Positions 24,236 to 32,020 are shown, numbered from the stretch's first letter. The stretch is DNA of 40,415 nt from a virus (IMGVR_UViG_3300006188_000005:1-40415); one strand, 5' to 3'. The notes: a model not told the origin generated them from the sequence alone. Translations and numbers: made by a program.

Positions 24236-25618
24236 TCAGGTCTGCGCATGGCTGCTCCCCTTCTCCGGCACCCAGCGCCGCGCCCTGCCGCCGTCAACGG
24301 TGCTGCGGTCGTGCCTCCATCCGAGGCGCTTCATGATGGCGGCCACGCGCATCTGCTCGGGCCTGCCATGCTTGCCAAGGTCGATGTGCAATGCCCTGCT
24401 GAGCAGTTCGGTGGTGGTCGTGTAAGGCACGGGTACCCCATCCACCGCTTGCGCCGTGCCCGGCTTGTACGTGCCCGAGTCGGCCTCGCCGGCCAGCCAC
24501 CGCTGGATCGGTTCCTGCCACGAATCCTCGACGAACCGTTCGTCTTGATGCTTCACAGCCTCATCCGGCAGCGTCCACCAGGCATAGCCCATGCGGAACA
24601 GCGTCACCGCCTCAGCCCACAGCTGATCGCGTTCCTCGCGGATCCGCGGGATGTCGACCTTGTCCACCTTGACCGGCAGGAAGCGCCGGCCGCCCGTGGG
24701 GTCGCGCAGGTATTCCGTTTCGTTCGTGGTGCCCACGAACACGCACTCGCGCCGGAACGATCGCGTCACGCGCCCATAGCTCGGCCGGTAAGTGTCGAAG
24801 CGCGACGTGATCGCCTGCTTGACCTTCGTCACGTCGGCCTTGCTGAAACTTTCCATCTCGCCGATCTCGACGCACCAGCGCCCGCGCAGGGCCTGGTAGA
24901 AGTCTTTGTTGCTCGGCGATTCGTTCGCTTCCGCATACCACTCGGCGCCGAACAGTTCGCGCACGGCCGAGGTCTTGCCCCTGCCCTGCTCGCCCTCCAG
25001 CACCAGCATGAAGTCCACCTGCGCGCCGTTGTGTCGCACCTTCGGATCGGTCCACAGGATGCGCGCCACCGCACTCACCATGAAGCATCGCGCCGCCTGC
25101 AGCGTGTAGTCGGTGGTCTCGGCACTGAACAGCCGCGGGAACATGTCGTCGATGCGTGGCTTGCCGTCCCACACCAGGCCCGTCAGGTACTCGCGCACCG
25201 GATGCACCTTGCTGCGCCGGGCCATCGCCTCCACACAATCCATCACCAGGTCGCGCTTCACGCTCAGCGTGTAGCGCGTCGGGCTGCCAAGCCAGCCGGC
25301 CAGCTCCGTGCCATCCTGATCCGTGAACTCGTCGCGCTCACCGCCAGCCCACACAGGCGCCCGGGTGAGCCGCACGATGTTGTTGAACTCGTCCAGCGAG
25401 AACAGGCCCGCCAGCGCGTCGTCATGCTCCAACACCAGCAGCGCATTGTGTGTGGTGGATTCCGGCTTGCCGGTTTGCGTGCGCGTAAGGTTGTTGCTCC
25501 ACTCGCCGGGCGCCCGATGGCCACCGCCGGAACTGCCACCACCGCGCCCACCGCTGCCGCCACCGCCGCCGCGGCGCTTGGAACTGCCCAGCGGCACCAC
25601 CACGGGATCGCCAGCCAT
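24236..25618 (-). CDS. VirE-family P-loop protein (primase-associated helicase-like replication protein)
   Basis: 460 aa. It has Walker A LVLEGEQGRGKTSAVREL, then ...CVEIGEMESF...VFVGTTNETEYLRDPTGGRRFLPVKV, typical of virulence-associated protein E / P4-alpha C-terminal-like NTPases. The N-terminus has a Gly-rich linker. The ATG overlaps the primase stop. Confidence 0.85.
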   Translation of the reverse strand: MAGDPVVVPLGSSKRRGGGGGSGGRGGGSSGGGHRAPGEWSNNLTRTQTGKPESTTHNALLVLEHDDALAGLFSLDEFNNIVRLTRAPVWAGGERDEFTDQDGTELAGWLGSPTRYTLSVKRDLVMDCVEAMARRSKVHPVREYLTGLVWDGKPRIDDMFPRLFSAETTDYTLQAARCFMVSAVARILWTDPKVRHNGAQVDFMLVLEGEQGRGKTSAVRELFGAEWYAEANESPSNKDFYQALRGRWCVEIGEMESFSKADVTKVKQAITSRFDTYRPSYGRVTRSFRRECVFVGTTNETEYLRDPTGGRRFLPVKVDKVDIPRIREERDQLWAEAVTLFRMGYAWWTLPDEAVKHQDERFVEDSWQEPIQRWLAGEADSGTYKPGTAQAVDGVPVPYTTTTELLSRALHIDLGKHGRPEQMRVAAIMKRLGWRHDRSTVDGGRARRWVPEKGSSHAQT

Positions 25619-26661
25619 CAGTGCACCACCCGCGCGCTGGGCTGCACATCCACCACGCGCACTCGCGAACGCGCCCAGCCGGCAATCTGCACCGGCGTCC
25701 ATCCGGCATCGATGGCGTCCGCCACATCCCAGCCCTTCGGCTGCCCCGAGGTGTCGATCACCCGCAGGCTGGCGCAAGCCTGGCGGTGGGAGAGTTGCGC
25801 CACGCCCTCATGCAGCAGGCCACTGCCGTCCACATAGCCCAGCATGGCGCCGCGGCCGCTGTCATCCGCATCCGGCCACAGCACCAGCTCGCGGCCCTGC
25901 AGCGGCGCCCAGTCCGTCTTGCCGACACCCTTGTCGCCGCCGCACCACGTCACCACCGCATACATCGGCAGCAGGCGCGCGGCCTTGTCCCTGCACTTCT
26001 CGCCCGACACCACCAGCACCGGCGCATCAGGCTTCGCCGCCAGCGCATCCAACCCGCACAGCGGTCGCGGCTCCGGCAGCGGCTGTAGGCACCACTGCGC
26101 CTTGCCGTCCGGCCCGATGCACCACGTCACCGCCGGCGTGATCTTGCCGCCGTCGTCCATCTCCACGCGAAGCACGTAGGCCATCAATGCACCGGCTGCA
26201 TCACGGTACGCATCCGCGCGGCTCGGCGTCATACTCCACCAGCGCCCGCGCTTCACATTCCACACCTTGCCGCGCACGCCCGGTGCCCAGGTCGGCGCAT
26301 GCTCAGGCACCGGATACACTGGCACCCATACCTCACCCGGCGGCCGTTCCAGCACGCGCGGCGCGGCGCGGTATTCCCGCCGCGCCCACTCGCCGGCATC
26401 GCTGCCGCCCAGCTTGTGGCAAGCCGTCACGAAATCCTCGCCATCCATCTGCATCACGAAGCCGATCGCGTCGTAATGCGCACCGCACGCGAAGCAATGC
26501 ACGAAACCCTTTTCAGGCACCACGGTGAACGAAGGCGTGGTATCCGTATGGAACGGGCACAGCCCGATCCACTCGCGGCCCGACTTCTTGAGCTCCACCC
26601 CGTGACGTTCCACCAGGTCTTTCAGGTCGACGCGCTGCAGGATCTGCGCGGTGTTGATCAT
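25618..26661 (-). CDS. DNA primase (CHC2 zinc finger plus Toprim-like domain)
   Basis: CPFHTDTTPSFTVVPEKGFVHCFACGAHYDAIGFV is a CHC2 zinc finger. ELVLWPDADDSGRG is a Toprim-like DxD motif. The ATG at 26661 overlaps the upstream stop. Confidence 0.88.
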   Translation of the reverse strand: MINTAQILQRVDLKDLVERHGVELKKSGREWIGLCPFHTDTTPSFTVVPEKGFVHCFACGAHYDAIGFVMQMDGEDFVTACHKLGGSDAGEWARREYRAAPRVLERPPGEVWVPVYPVPEHAPTWAPGVRGKVWNVKRGRWWSMTPSRADAYRDAAGALMAYVLRVEMDDGGKITPAVTWCIGPDGKAQWCLQPLPEPRPLCGLDALAAKPDAPVLVVSGEKCRDKAARLLPMYAVVTWCGGDKGVGKTDWAPLQGRELVLWPDADDSGRGAMLGYVDGSGLLHEGVAQLSHRQACASLRVIDTSGQPKGWDVADAIDAGWTPVQIAGWARSRVRVVDVQPSARVVH

Positions 26662-26960
26662 GCCGCGCACCTCACGTCATCCAGCACGTCCAGGTACAGC
26701 GGACCACCACCCATCACCGTGCGGCGCGCATACGTAGCGAACAGCGCGTCGAGGCATATCGACAGCAGGCTCGCATCGCTTGGCGTACCGATTGGAACCA
26801 CGGCCAGCGTGCCGCAAGGCCAGCGGAACACTCGCACGCCGCGTCCGGTCCATCCACGCTCGCAAATGTACGTGGCAATCAGTTCCGGTTTGCTACCCGG
26901 CGCATACACGCGGGCCTTGATGCCCTTGCCTCGCGGGATCGGGCTGCGCCAGGGCGTCAC
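26658..26960 (-). CDS. Hypothetical early protein (100 aa, GTG start)
   Basis: The GTG at 26960 overlaps the stop of the upstream ORF (GTGA). The C-terminal part of a longer open frame has ordinary composition (KARVYAPGSKPELIATYICERGWTGRGVRVFRW...). Confidence 0.5.
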   Translation of the reverse strand: MTPWRSPIPRGKGIKARVYAPGSKPELIATYICERGWTGRGVRVFRWPCGTLAVVPIGTPSDASLLSICLDALFATYARRTVMGGGPLYLDVLDDVRCAA

Positions 26961-27154
26961 GGCACTACCAGTGCCAGCACGCCCTGCCGCCGAGGCTGTG
27001 GCGCATTGAGCGCGGCCAGCATGGCCCACGCCTGAAGCAACTCGCTTTCCGAGCTTCCACGCTCCGAAATGCGGCGAACCTGCTCCATCGCGGCCAGGCG
27101 TGCCGCGCGCTGCGATTGCGTCTCCCATGTCGTCAGATCGCCGTGCGCGCGCAT
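26957..27154 (-). CDS. Hypothetical early protein (65 aa)
   Basis: MRAHGDLTTWETQSQRAARLAAMEQVRRISERGSSESELLQAWAMLAAL... It overlaps the TraR-like stop by about 20 nt, so the start is uncertain. Confidence 0.45.
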   Translation of the reverse strand: MRAHGDLTTWETQSQRAARLAAMEQVRRISERGSSESELLQAWAMLAALNAPQPRRQGVLALVVP

Positions 27155-27351
27155 CGCTGCGCACTCCGTTCGGCATCGCGCTGGCAGTCGATGCACAACA
27201 CCGCACCCAGCGCCTTCCGCGCATCGCTGATCGGCTCGCCGCAATCCGGCTGCTCGCAATGGCTGCGCCCTGCTCCGACCTTGCGACGAGACGCCAGCGC
27301 GTGGTCGATATCGTCCATCTGGCGCTGCTGCGCCAGGTCAATCGTGTCCAT
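27133..27351 (-). CDS. TraR/DksA-family C4 zinc-finger protein
   Basis: 72 aa with CEQPDCGEPISDARKALGAVLCIDCQRDAE, the CxxC...CxxC spacing typical of phage TraR/DksA proteins. Confidence 0.8.
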   Translation of the reverse strand: MDTIDLAQQRQMDDIDHALASRRKVGAGRSHCEQPDCGEPISDARKALGAVLCIDCQRDAERSAQRCARTAI

Positions 27352-27529
27352 GGTCTGACCCCGTGGTCTTGGGTCGCAGCGGCACCACGGTGCCGCCCGA
27401 GCTGTTGAGCAGGTAACGGCGCCGCAATTCGTCGGCCGCCAGTTGTTCCGCCGTGGTGCCGAGCGATTCGGCCAGCTGCCGCAAGCGGCGAGCTTCGCTT
27501 TCGCTCAGCGTGATCTCGATCTCAGGCAC
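27338..27529 (-). CDS. Small early protein (63 aa, GTG start), possible RHH-like
   Basis: (M)PEIEITLSESEARRLRQLAESLGTTAEQLAADELRRRYL. A GGGGG RBS lies upstream and the frame overlaps the next gene. Confidence 0.55.
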   Translation of the reverse strand: MPEIEITLSESEARRLRQLAESLGTTAEQLAADELRRRYLLNSSGGTVVPLRPKTTGSDHGHD

Positions 27530-27560
27530 AACGACCCCCTAAAGGCACTGTTCAGCGCCT

Positions 27561-27749
27561 TCAGGCGGCCTTGGTCTGCTCGGTAATCTGCTGCTCAGCA
27601 CGCGCCACGCTGGCCATCACCAGCTCGCGTACGAAGGCAGCCGGCTGCTTGCCGTTGAAGCGCGCGATGGCGCGCACCACGGCCAGCTCGGCATCGTTGA
27701 AACGCACCTTGACGGGGTTGTCGCGAATATGGGCGGGATCGTCGTACAT
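27561..27749 (-). CDS. Ribbon-helix-helix-type small DNA-binding protein (62 aa)
   Basis: PVKVRFNDAELAVVRAIARFNGKQPAAFVRELVMASV has the beta-strand-helix-helix pattern of CopG/Arc-like proteins. A GAGGTGA RBS lies upstream. Confidence 0.6.
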   Translation of the reverse strand: MYDDPAHIRDNPVKVRFNDAELAVVRAIARFNGKQPAAFVRELVMASVARAEQQITEQTKAA

Positions 27750-27811
27750 GACTCAATCACCTCGGGGATGTCGGGGTTGGAACTTCAAGCGGGATCGGTG
27801 CGTTCCACGCA

Positions 27812-28054
27812 TCAGCCCGCTTCCTGCAGCGAAACCGGCGCCGTGCCGAACACGTCCGGACGCAGCTGGTAGCGCGTCACCGCTTGAGGCGCGACGTTTT
27901 CCAACGGAATGCACCAACGCGGCGCCACTCGCGTGCGACCAGTGAGCCATTGCGACACAAGCCCAGGCGTCACGCCGAGCGCGTCAGCCAACTTGCGTTG
28001 GCCTCCCGCAGCCGCGATGGCGGCGGCGATCGGATTCGAAGAATGCGCGTCCAT
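27812..28054 (-). CDS. Cro-like HTH regulator (YdaS/Cro-type)
   Basis: GGQRKLADALGVTPGLVSQWLTGRTRV is an HTH motif. It is the first gene of the minus-strand early operon and is divergent from the repressor gene across an operator-rich gap. Confidence 0.75.
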   Translation of the reverse strand: MDAHSSNPIAAAIAAAGGQRKLADALGVTPGLVSQWLTGRTRVAPRWCIPLENVAPQAVTRYQLRPDVFGTAPVSLQEAG

Positions 28055-28139
28055 GACTGCAAACGATAGGTTACCTATCGCTATTCGTCAATAGTTTCAC
28101 TAGGCGCAAGTTATCGCATTGATTGGATAGGCTTTCTAT
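28055..28139. promoter_or_regulatory. Immunity switch region with palindromic operators between divergent cro-like and repressor genes
   Basis: An AT-rich 85-bp gap contains CGATAGGTTACCTATCG (28064-28080) and CTATTCGTCAATAG (28081-28094). Neither flanking start codon has an obvious SD, and the repressor ATG directly follows TTCTAT. Confidence 0.7.
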
Positions 28140-28616
28140 ATGCCCAACAAGCCACGCAAGACCGCCGAAGCCCAGGCGCTTACCGCCGCGATCAACGCGG
28201 CCGAGATGAAGAAGGCAGCCGTGGCCGCCGCACTAGGCGTTTCACCCGGCCTTGTTTCGCAATGGGCCAGTGGCCGCACCCCCGTGCCGCCTGACACCGC
28301 CCCTCCACTGGCACAACTGCTCGGCCTTCCCGACCCCGGCACCATCAGCGCACGTTATCGCAAGGTGGCCGCCACGCAGACGGTCACGGTCACCAAGGCG
28401 ACGCAGCCTGCCGACCTCAAGAAACTGGAGCAGGCAGTGGTCGCCCTGGAGGCGGAAACCCATGAATTGCGCGCCGCACTACTGGTGATGGCGGCCGTTA
28501 TGAAACAACACCGTCCCGCCGAAGCGGCCGCTGCGGCTGCGGCGTTGCATCGACAGCTTCCGGCGAAACAACGAGAAACGGGTCTGTTGGCTCGCATCCT
28601 GAAAGTGCTCGAATGA
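28140..28616 (+). CDS. Prophage repressor (CI-like HTH protein without a recognisable S24 peptidase domain)
   Basis: MKKAAVAAALGVSPGLVSQWASGRTPV is an HTH closely paralleling the Cro-like HTH. The gene is divergently oriented. The C-terminal half is a coiled-coil-like region and has no Ser-Lys peptidase motif that I can see. Confidence 0.7.
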   Translation: MPNKPRKTAEAQALTAAINAAEMKKAAVAAALGVSPGLVSQWASGRTPVPPDTAPPLAQLLGLPDPGTISARYRKVAATQTVTVTKATQPADLKKLEQAVVALEAETHELRAALLVMAAVMKQHRPAEAAAAAAALHRQLPAKQRETGLLARILKVLE

Positions 28617-28779
28617 TCCCGCGCTCCCGCCGCAGCTCGCTCGCGCTCAACAGCGCCTGATGAATCAGCTCGTCTAGGTCCATATTTTCCCCCTTCCTGG
28701 ACCTCGTACTATCTTGCGCTGCCGCCTCAAATCGTGAGACGCGAGGCTGGATCTTGGTCGAATAGCCCGGAAGGATTCC

Positions 28780-29454
28780 ATGACCGAACAAACTATCACC
28801 TGCGGCAAATGCGGACACCAGCGCAATGCCGACGATGGCGAACCGGCGTGGTGCTGTCCATCTTGCGGCGTTGTCTACGCCAAGCTCGCCGCAACCATGC
28901 CGCCTCGCCCTACCCGCCAACGCGCCACCGCATCCGCACTCGACGTGCCCTTCACCGGAACGCGCAGGCAATGGGCCATCGTCGGGTTGATGCTCGCCAG
29001 CATTGCAACCATCGGCTGGCTGTGGTGGCGCGCCGATCAAAGCCGCGCCGCCGTGCAGCTTGCACAGGCCGAAGCGGAGGCCCACGACGCACCGCTGCGT
29101 GCCGCCCGGGCGGCGCAGACGCAATACCTCGACGATCGCGACGCACTCGCACCTCTCATCACCCAGTGGTCCGAAGAGGTACATAAAGCTGCCGCCACTC
29201 CACGCATGCTGCTCGCCTCGCGCATCGACCGTCTCGACGCGGTGATCGCCCGCATTCCGTCCGCACGCGTCCACGGCGAGTGCATGCGCACCGCACGCGA
29301 CATGTTCGCTGCCGCCGCCCGACAGCGCCGCGATGCTTTTCTTGCGTTTGCCGCACAAAACAGCACCAGTGAGGCCACAACTCGCGCATCAGCGCTTGAA
29401 CAACGTCTCGTCGAGCAGATGGCCGCCTGCAAACCTACCGATTCAAGCATGTGA
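28780..29454 (+). CDS. Zn-ribbon / single-TM protein co-oriented with the repressor; candidate superinfection-exclusion or abortive-infection factor
   Basis: The N-terminal CGKCGHQ...CCPSCG zinc ribbon is followed by a TM (WAIVGLMLASIATIGWLWW) and a 130-aa helical domain. A GGAAGGA RBS lies upstream. The position immediately downstream of the repressor matches the lambda rexAB/sieB slot. Confidence 0.7.
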   Translation: MTEQTITCGKCGHQRNADDGEPAWCCPSCGVVYAKLAATMPPRPTRQRATASALDVPFTGTRRQWAIVGLMLASIATIGWLWWRADQSRAAVQLAQAEAEAHDAPLRAARAAQTQYLDDRDALAPLITQWSEEVHKAAATPRMLLASRIDRLDAVIARIPSARVHGECMRTARDMFAAAARQRRDAFLAFAAQNSTSEATTRASALEQRLVEQMAACKPTDSSM

Positions 29455-29577
29455 CAATCGAAGGCGTCACTATCGATAGAAAATATCTATCAAAAAACAT
29501 ATAGTTAAACTATTGCAATACATGGATAGCTAAGCTATCGTTCTCCCCGAACCGCACTAGCGGCCAAGGAGAACGCC
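29455..29577. promoter_or_regulatory. Second operator/promoter region (PL-like) upstream of the plus-strand accessory operon
   Basis: An AT-rich gap contains GATAGCTAAGCTATC (29525-29539), GATAGAAAATATCTATC (29475-29491) and CTATCGATAG (29470-29479). These share GATAG/CTATC half-sites with the operator at 28065-28079. AAGGAG lies before the ATG at 29578. Confidence 0.7.
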
Positions 29578-29847
29578 ATGCTCGAACGCATCATCAGCCA
29601 CCCCGCCGCCCGCTTCGCGCGCTGCCGGGCCTGCGGCGCCGAGCCGCGCCACGTGCTCACCGTCGGGCGCAGCAGCCGGGAACCCGTGCAGTTTCTGGCC
29701 GCCAGCCACCGTCACGGGCTGGAATGCCGCTGCGGCGCACGCACCGCGCGCCACGACACCCTCGCCAACGCCGAGGCCGAGTGGGGCACCGACTACGCGC
29801 AGCTGGCGCTGCCGCTGCGCGTGCGTCGTCGGAGGGCCGCGGCATGA
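29578..29847 (+). CDS. Small Cys-rich protein, Lar-like (restriction alleviation family) candidate
   Basis: 89 aa with CRACGAEP...LECRCGARTARHDTLANAEAEWG. This follows the Lar-family pattern CxxCG...CxCG...eA...W as I remember it. It has a strong AAGGAG RBS and is the first gene of the operon. Confidence 0.6.
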   Translation: MLERIISHPAARFARCRACGAEPRHVLTVGRSSREPVQFLAASHRHGLECRCGARTARHDTLANAEAEWGTDYAQLALPLRVRRRRAAA

Positions 29848-30044
29848 AAACCGACAACCTCAAGCGCTGCATCGTGCGCGCAGCCACCGAGTGCGAGGAA
29901 TGCCTGCGTCTCGCCGATTTCGCCGAGCGCGAACCCAGCCTGTCCGGCGGCATGGCCGACAGCCTGCGCAAGATGGCCGCCTACCACAGCGACAACGCGT
30001 TCCTGTGGGCACGCCGCCTGCATGCCGTGGAGTCGCACGCATGA
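29844..30044 (+). CDS. Hypothetical small protein (66 aa)
   Basis: MKTDNLKRCIVRAATECEECLRLADFAEREPS... ATGA coupling at both ends. Confidence 0.6.
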   Translation: MKTDNLKRCIVRAATECEECLRLADFAEREPSLSGGMADSLRKMAAYHSDNAFLWARRLHAVESHA

Positions 30045-30232
30045 TCGCCGTCACCCAGGCCAGGCATGAAGCCACCGGCTGGCGCGGCTACCTGCTCACG
30101 GAAGCCGGCACCGTGCAGCGCCGCACGCTCAACCTCTACCCCACCGCCGAGAAGGCGCTGGAGGCCGTTGATCGCATGCACGGCATGCCCGCCACCGTTC
30201 CCGCCCCCATCTACTCGGAGCCCCGCGCATGA
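30041..30232 (+). CDS. Hypothetical small protein (63 aa)
   Basis: MIAVTQARHEATGWRGYLLTEAGTVQRRTLNLYPTAEKALEAVDRMHG... ATGA coupling at both ends. Confidence 0.6.
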   Translation: MIAVTQARHEATGWRGYLLTEAGTVQRRTLNLYPTAEKALEAVDRMHGMPATVPAPIYSEPRA

Positions 30233-30462
30233 ACGCAGTTACGCCGCTGCGCCCCGCGCGCAGCCTGCATGTTGCCCAGCTGCGCACCGACTTGTGCGAA
30301 GCCACCGCCCAAGCATGGCCCGAGCCCGACCGTTTCACCGAATTGCGCACCGTGCTCGGCCGCTGGTGGTGGGCATGGCTGCTCGCCTACATCGTGGTGT
30401 GCACCGCCGCGGCCGGCCTGCTCGGCGCCTACGTATGGCTCAGCGCAGGGCTGTCGGCATGA
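30229..30462 (+). CDS. Small membrane protein (77 aa)
   Basis: C-terminal TM WWWAWLLAYIVVCTAAAGLLGAYVWL. ATGA coupling at both ends. Confidence 0.6.
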   Translation: MNAVTPLRPARSLHVAQLRTDLCEATAQAWPEPDRFTELRTVLGRWWWAWLLAYIVVCTAAAGLLGAYVWLSAGLSA

Positions 30463-30659
30463 ACACCAAGCACCCCCTGCACGCCCACACCGTGCTGCAG
30501 CGCGCGGCCAATGAGCTCGACATGCACGGCGAACACAAACTGGCCAGCGAACTGAGCCAGGTGCGCCGCGCGAAGGGGTGGCGGCATGACCACCTGGTGC
30601 CCCGACCTCGACGGCAGCACCTCCCTGCGCGAGGAACTCGCCAACTGGCTGCGCGGTGA
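30459..30659 (+). CDS. Hypothetical small protein (66 aa), 3-prime end uncertain
   Basis: MNTKHPLHAHTVLQRAANELDMHGEHKLASELSQVRRAKGW... It has ATGA coupling at its start. The last 24 codons overlap the next ORF and are Arg/Pro-rich, which is out-of-frame-like. Confidence 0.45.
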   Translation: MNTKHPLHAHTVLQRAANELDMHGEHKLASELSQVRRAKGWRHDHLVPRPRRQHLPARGTRQLAAR

Positions 30660-30774
30660 TCCGCGAACCAGCGAACCCGACGTGCCAGAACCGCGGCTGC
30701 TGGAGCGCCATCGCGACCTTGTCGCCAGCAGCTACCAGCACGCGGCACCCACCCATCCCGACCTGGACGACTGA
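30586..30774 (+). CDS. Hypothetical small acidic protein (62 aa)
   Basis: MTTWCPDLDGSTSLREELANWLRGDPRTSEPDVPEPRLLERHRDLV. AAGGGGTGG lies upstream of the ATG. Confidence 0.55.
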   Translation: MTTWCPDLDGSTSLREELANWLRGDPRTSEPDVPEPRLLERHRDLVASSYQHAAPTHPDLDD

Positions 30775-30775
30775 C

Positions 30776-31132
30776 ATGCACGCCAACCGCATGGACTTTG
30801 CGCTGCCCAACAGCGCACCCGACATCCTCGCCAACGCCGCCGCCGCCATCGACCAGCGTGCCGCCGCGCGCGACCACGCCCAGGGCGAACGCAGCATGGC
30901 CCGCGCCGTGCACGCCTTCAACGCCATGTACGGCTGCGCGCTCAGCGAGGTGCAGGGCTGGCAGTTCATGGCCCTGCTCAAGATGGCGCGCTCCACCGGC
31001 GGCAAGCTGCACATCGACGACTACATCGACCAGTCCGCCTATGCCGCGCTGGCCGGTGAGGCCGCCGAGCGCGAAGGCCTGCGCGCCTGCATCGCCGCCA
31101 TCGACGGCGACGTCTCGCGGGCCGCCGCATGA
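30776..31132 (+). CDS. DUF6378-like phage protein (118 aa)
   Basis: RAAARDHAQGERSMARAVHAFNAMYGCALSEVQGWQFMALLKMARSTGGKLHIDDYIDQSAYAAL matches my memory of the DUF6378 pattern (..lKiaR....D...D.aGYAal). Confidence 0.65.
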   Translation: MHANRMDFALPNSAPDILANAAAAIDQRAAARDHAQGERSMARAVHAFNAMYGCALSEVQGWQFMALLKMARSTGGKLHIDDYIDQSAYAALAGEAAEREGLRACIAAIDGDVSRAAA

Positions 31133-31383
31133 GCATCTGCGCGCCAGCCGCCCGCTGGTGGGATCAGCCGGCCAGTGCCCGCGGCAGCTTCACCGCGAAA
31201 ACCCCGGCAGCAGGCCAAGCGGCCAACCGCGTTGCGGCGGCTTTCCACCATCAGCCGTGTTCCGCCGCCCAGACCTGCCACTGCCGCCGCCTCGGCCACC
31301 AGGCGGCACCGACCAGCGCCTTGCCCGTGTTTCCTCCCCTGGACGCGCAGGCCCGGCGAGAGCCGCCCCGCGCAAGGCGCTGA
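31129..31383 (+). CDS. Doubtful ORF (84 aa), low-complexity
   Basis: Only ATGA coupling to the upstream gene supports it. The composition (A/P/R/Q-rich) is not convincing, and 31133-31431 may be non-coding. Confidence 0.3.
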   Translation: MSICAPAARWWDQPASARGSFTAKTPAAGQAANRVAAAFHHQPCSAAQTCHCRRLGHQAAPTSALPVFPPLDAQARREPPRARR

Positions 31384-31431
31384 TCGGTCACCCCTCACCA
31401 CCGGCGCAGCGCGCCACCACCGGAGCCACCC

Positions 31432-31779
31432 ATGAGCAAGACCACCGACATAGCCCAGCTGTTCCACGACCTCGACGCCGGCATCTTCGCCCAACGCCTG
31501 GACGCCGCCATGCGCGACGTGGCGCTGGGCGTCACCACCACCGGCAAGAAAGGTAAGGTCACCATCACGCTGGATCTGGAGCGCATCGGCGACAGCAGCC
31601 AGGTCACCTGCACGCACGCCATCAAGTTCATCAAGCCCACCAACAAGGGCAAGGCGAGCGAAGAGGCCACCACCAAGACCCCGCTGCACGTCGGCACCGG
31701 CGGCGTGCTCAGCCTGTTCCCGGAATCGCAGCCGGACATGTTCAAGGCCACGGCCGGCAACGCTGCCGCCGAAACCTGA
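31432..31779 (+). CDS. Hypothetical phage protein (115 aa)
   Basis: MSKTTDIAQLFHDLDAGIFAQRLDAAMRDVALGVTTTGKKGKVTITLDLERIG... It has balanced composition, and GGAG lies 8 nt upstream. Confidence 0.7.
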   Translation: MSKTTDIAQLFHDLDAGIFAQRLDAAMRDVALGVTTTGKKGKVTITLDLERIGDSSQVTCTHAIKFIKPTNKGKASEEATTKTPLHVGTGGVLSLFPESQPDMFKATAGNAAAET

Positions 31780-32020
31780 TCACCACCTGATTCACCGGAC
31801 GCACCCGAGATAGGGGCCGCGAAGGGAGAGCCATACCGGCGGATGCGTGCACAGGCGCAATCCGCATGAGCTTTAGCCGGTTGCCTGTGTTCTCTGGCCC
31901 CGCCACGACGACGACCCGCCAACACGGCTACAGGCGGGAGGAAGCACAAGGCCGGCGCTGCCGAGATTGAGGGCGCCGGCTACCGCAGCCATACACCACC
32001 ACCTCCGGAAACCGCCCACC

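Noticed and set aside
25480-25600. The Gly-rich run (GGGGGSGGRGGGSSGGG) at the N-terminus of the VirE-like protein might be a simple-sequence repeat or slippage hotspot.
   Set aside because: At the DNA level it is not a perfect tandem repeat. It reads as a flexible linker following the primase gene, with which the ORF is coupled. Nothing further can be supported from the sequence.
28498-28683. A minus-strand small ORF (MDLDELIHQALLSASELRRERG..., 62 aa) is preceded by a very strong SD-like AGGAAGGGGGAAAATATG and lies partly antisense to the repressor 3-prime end.
   Set aside because: Two thirds of it is antisense to the well-supported repressor gene and has poor composition. The SD-like run is also part of an inverted repeat (AGGTCCA...TGGACCT at about 28675-28703) that may be a post-repressor RNA structure. 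It could still be a short antisense-encoded peptide or antisense RNA promoter region, so it is worth a look in RNA-seq.
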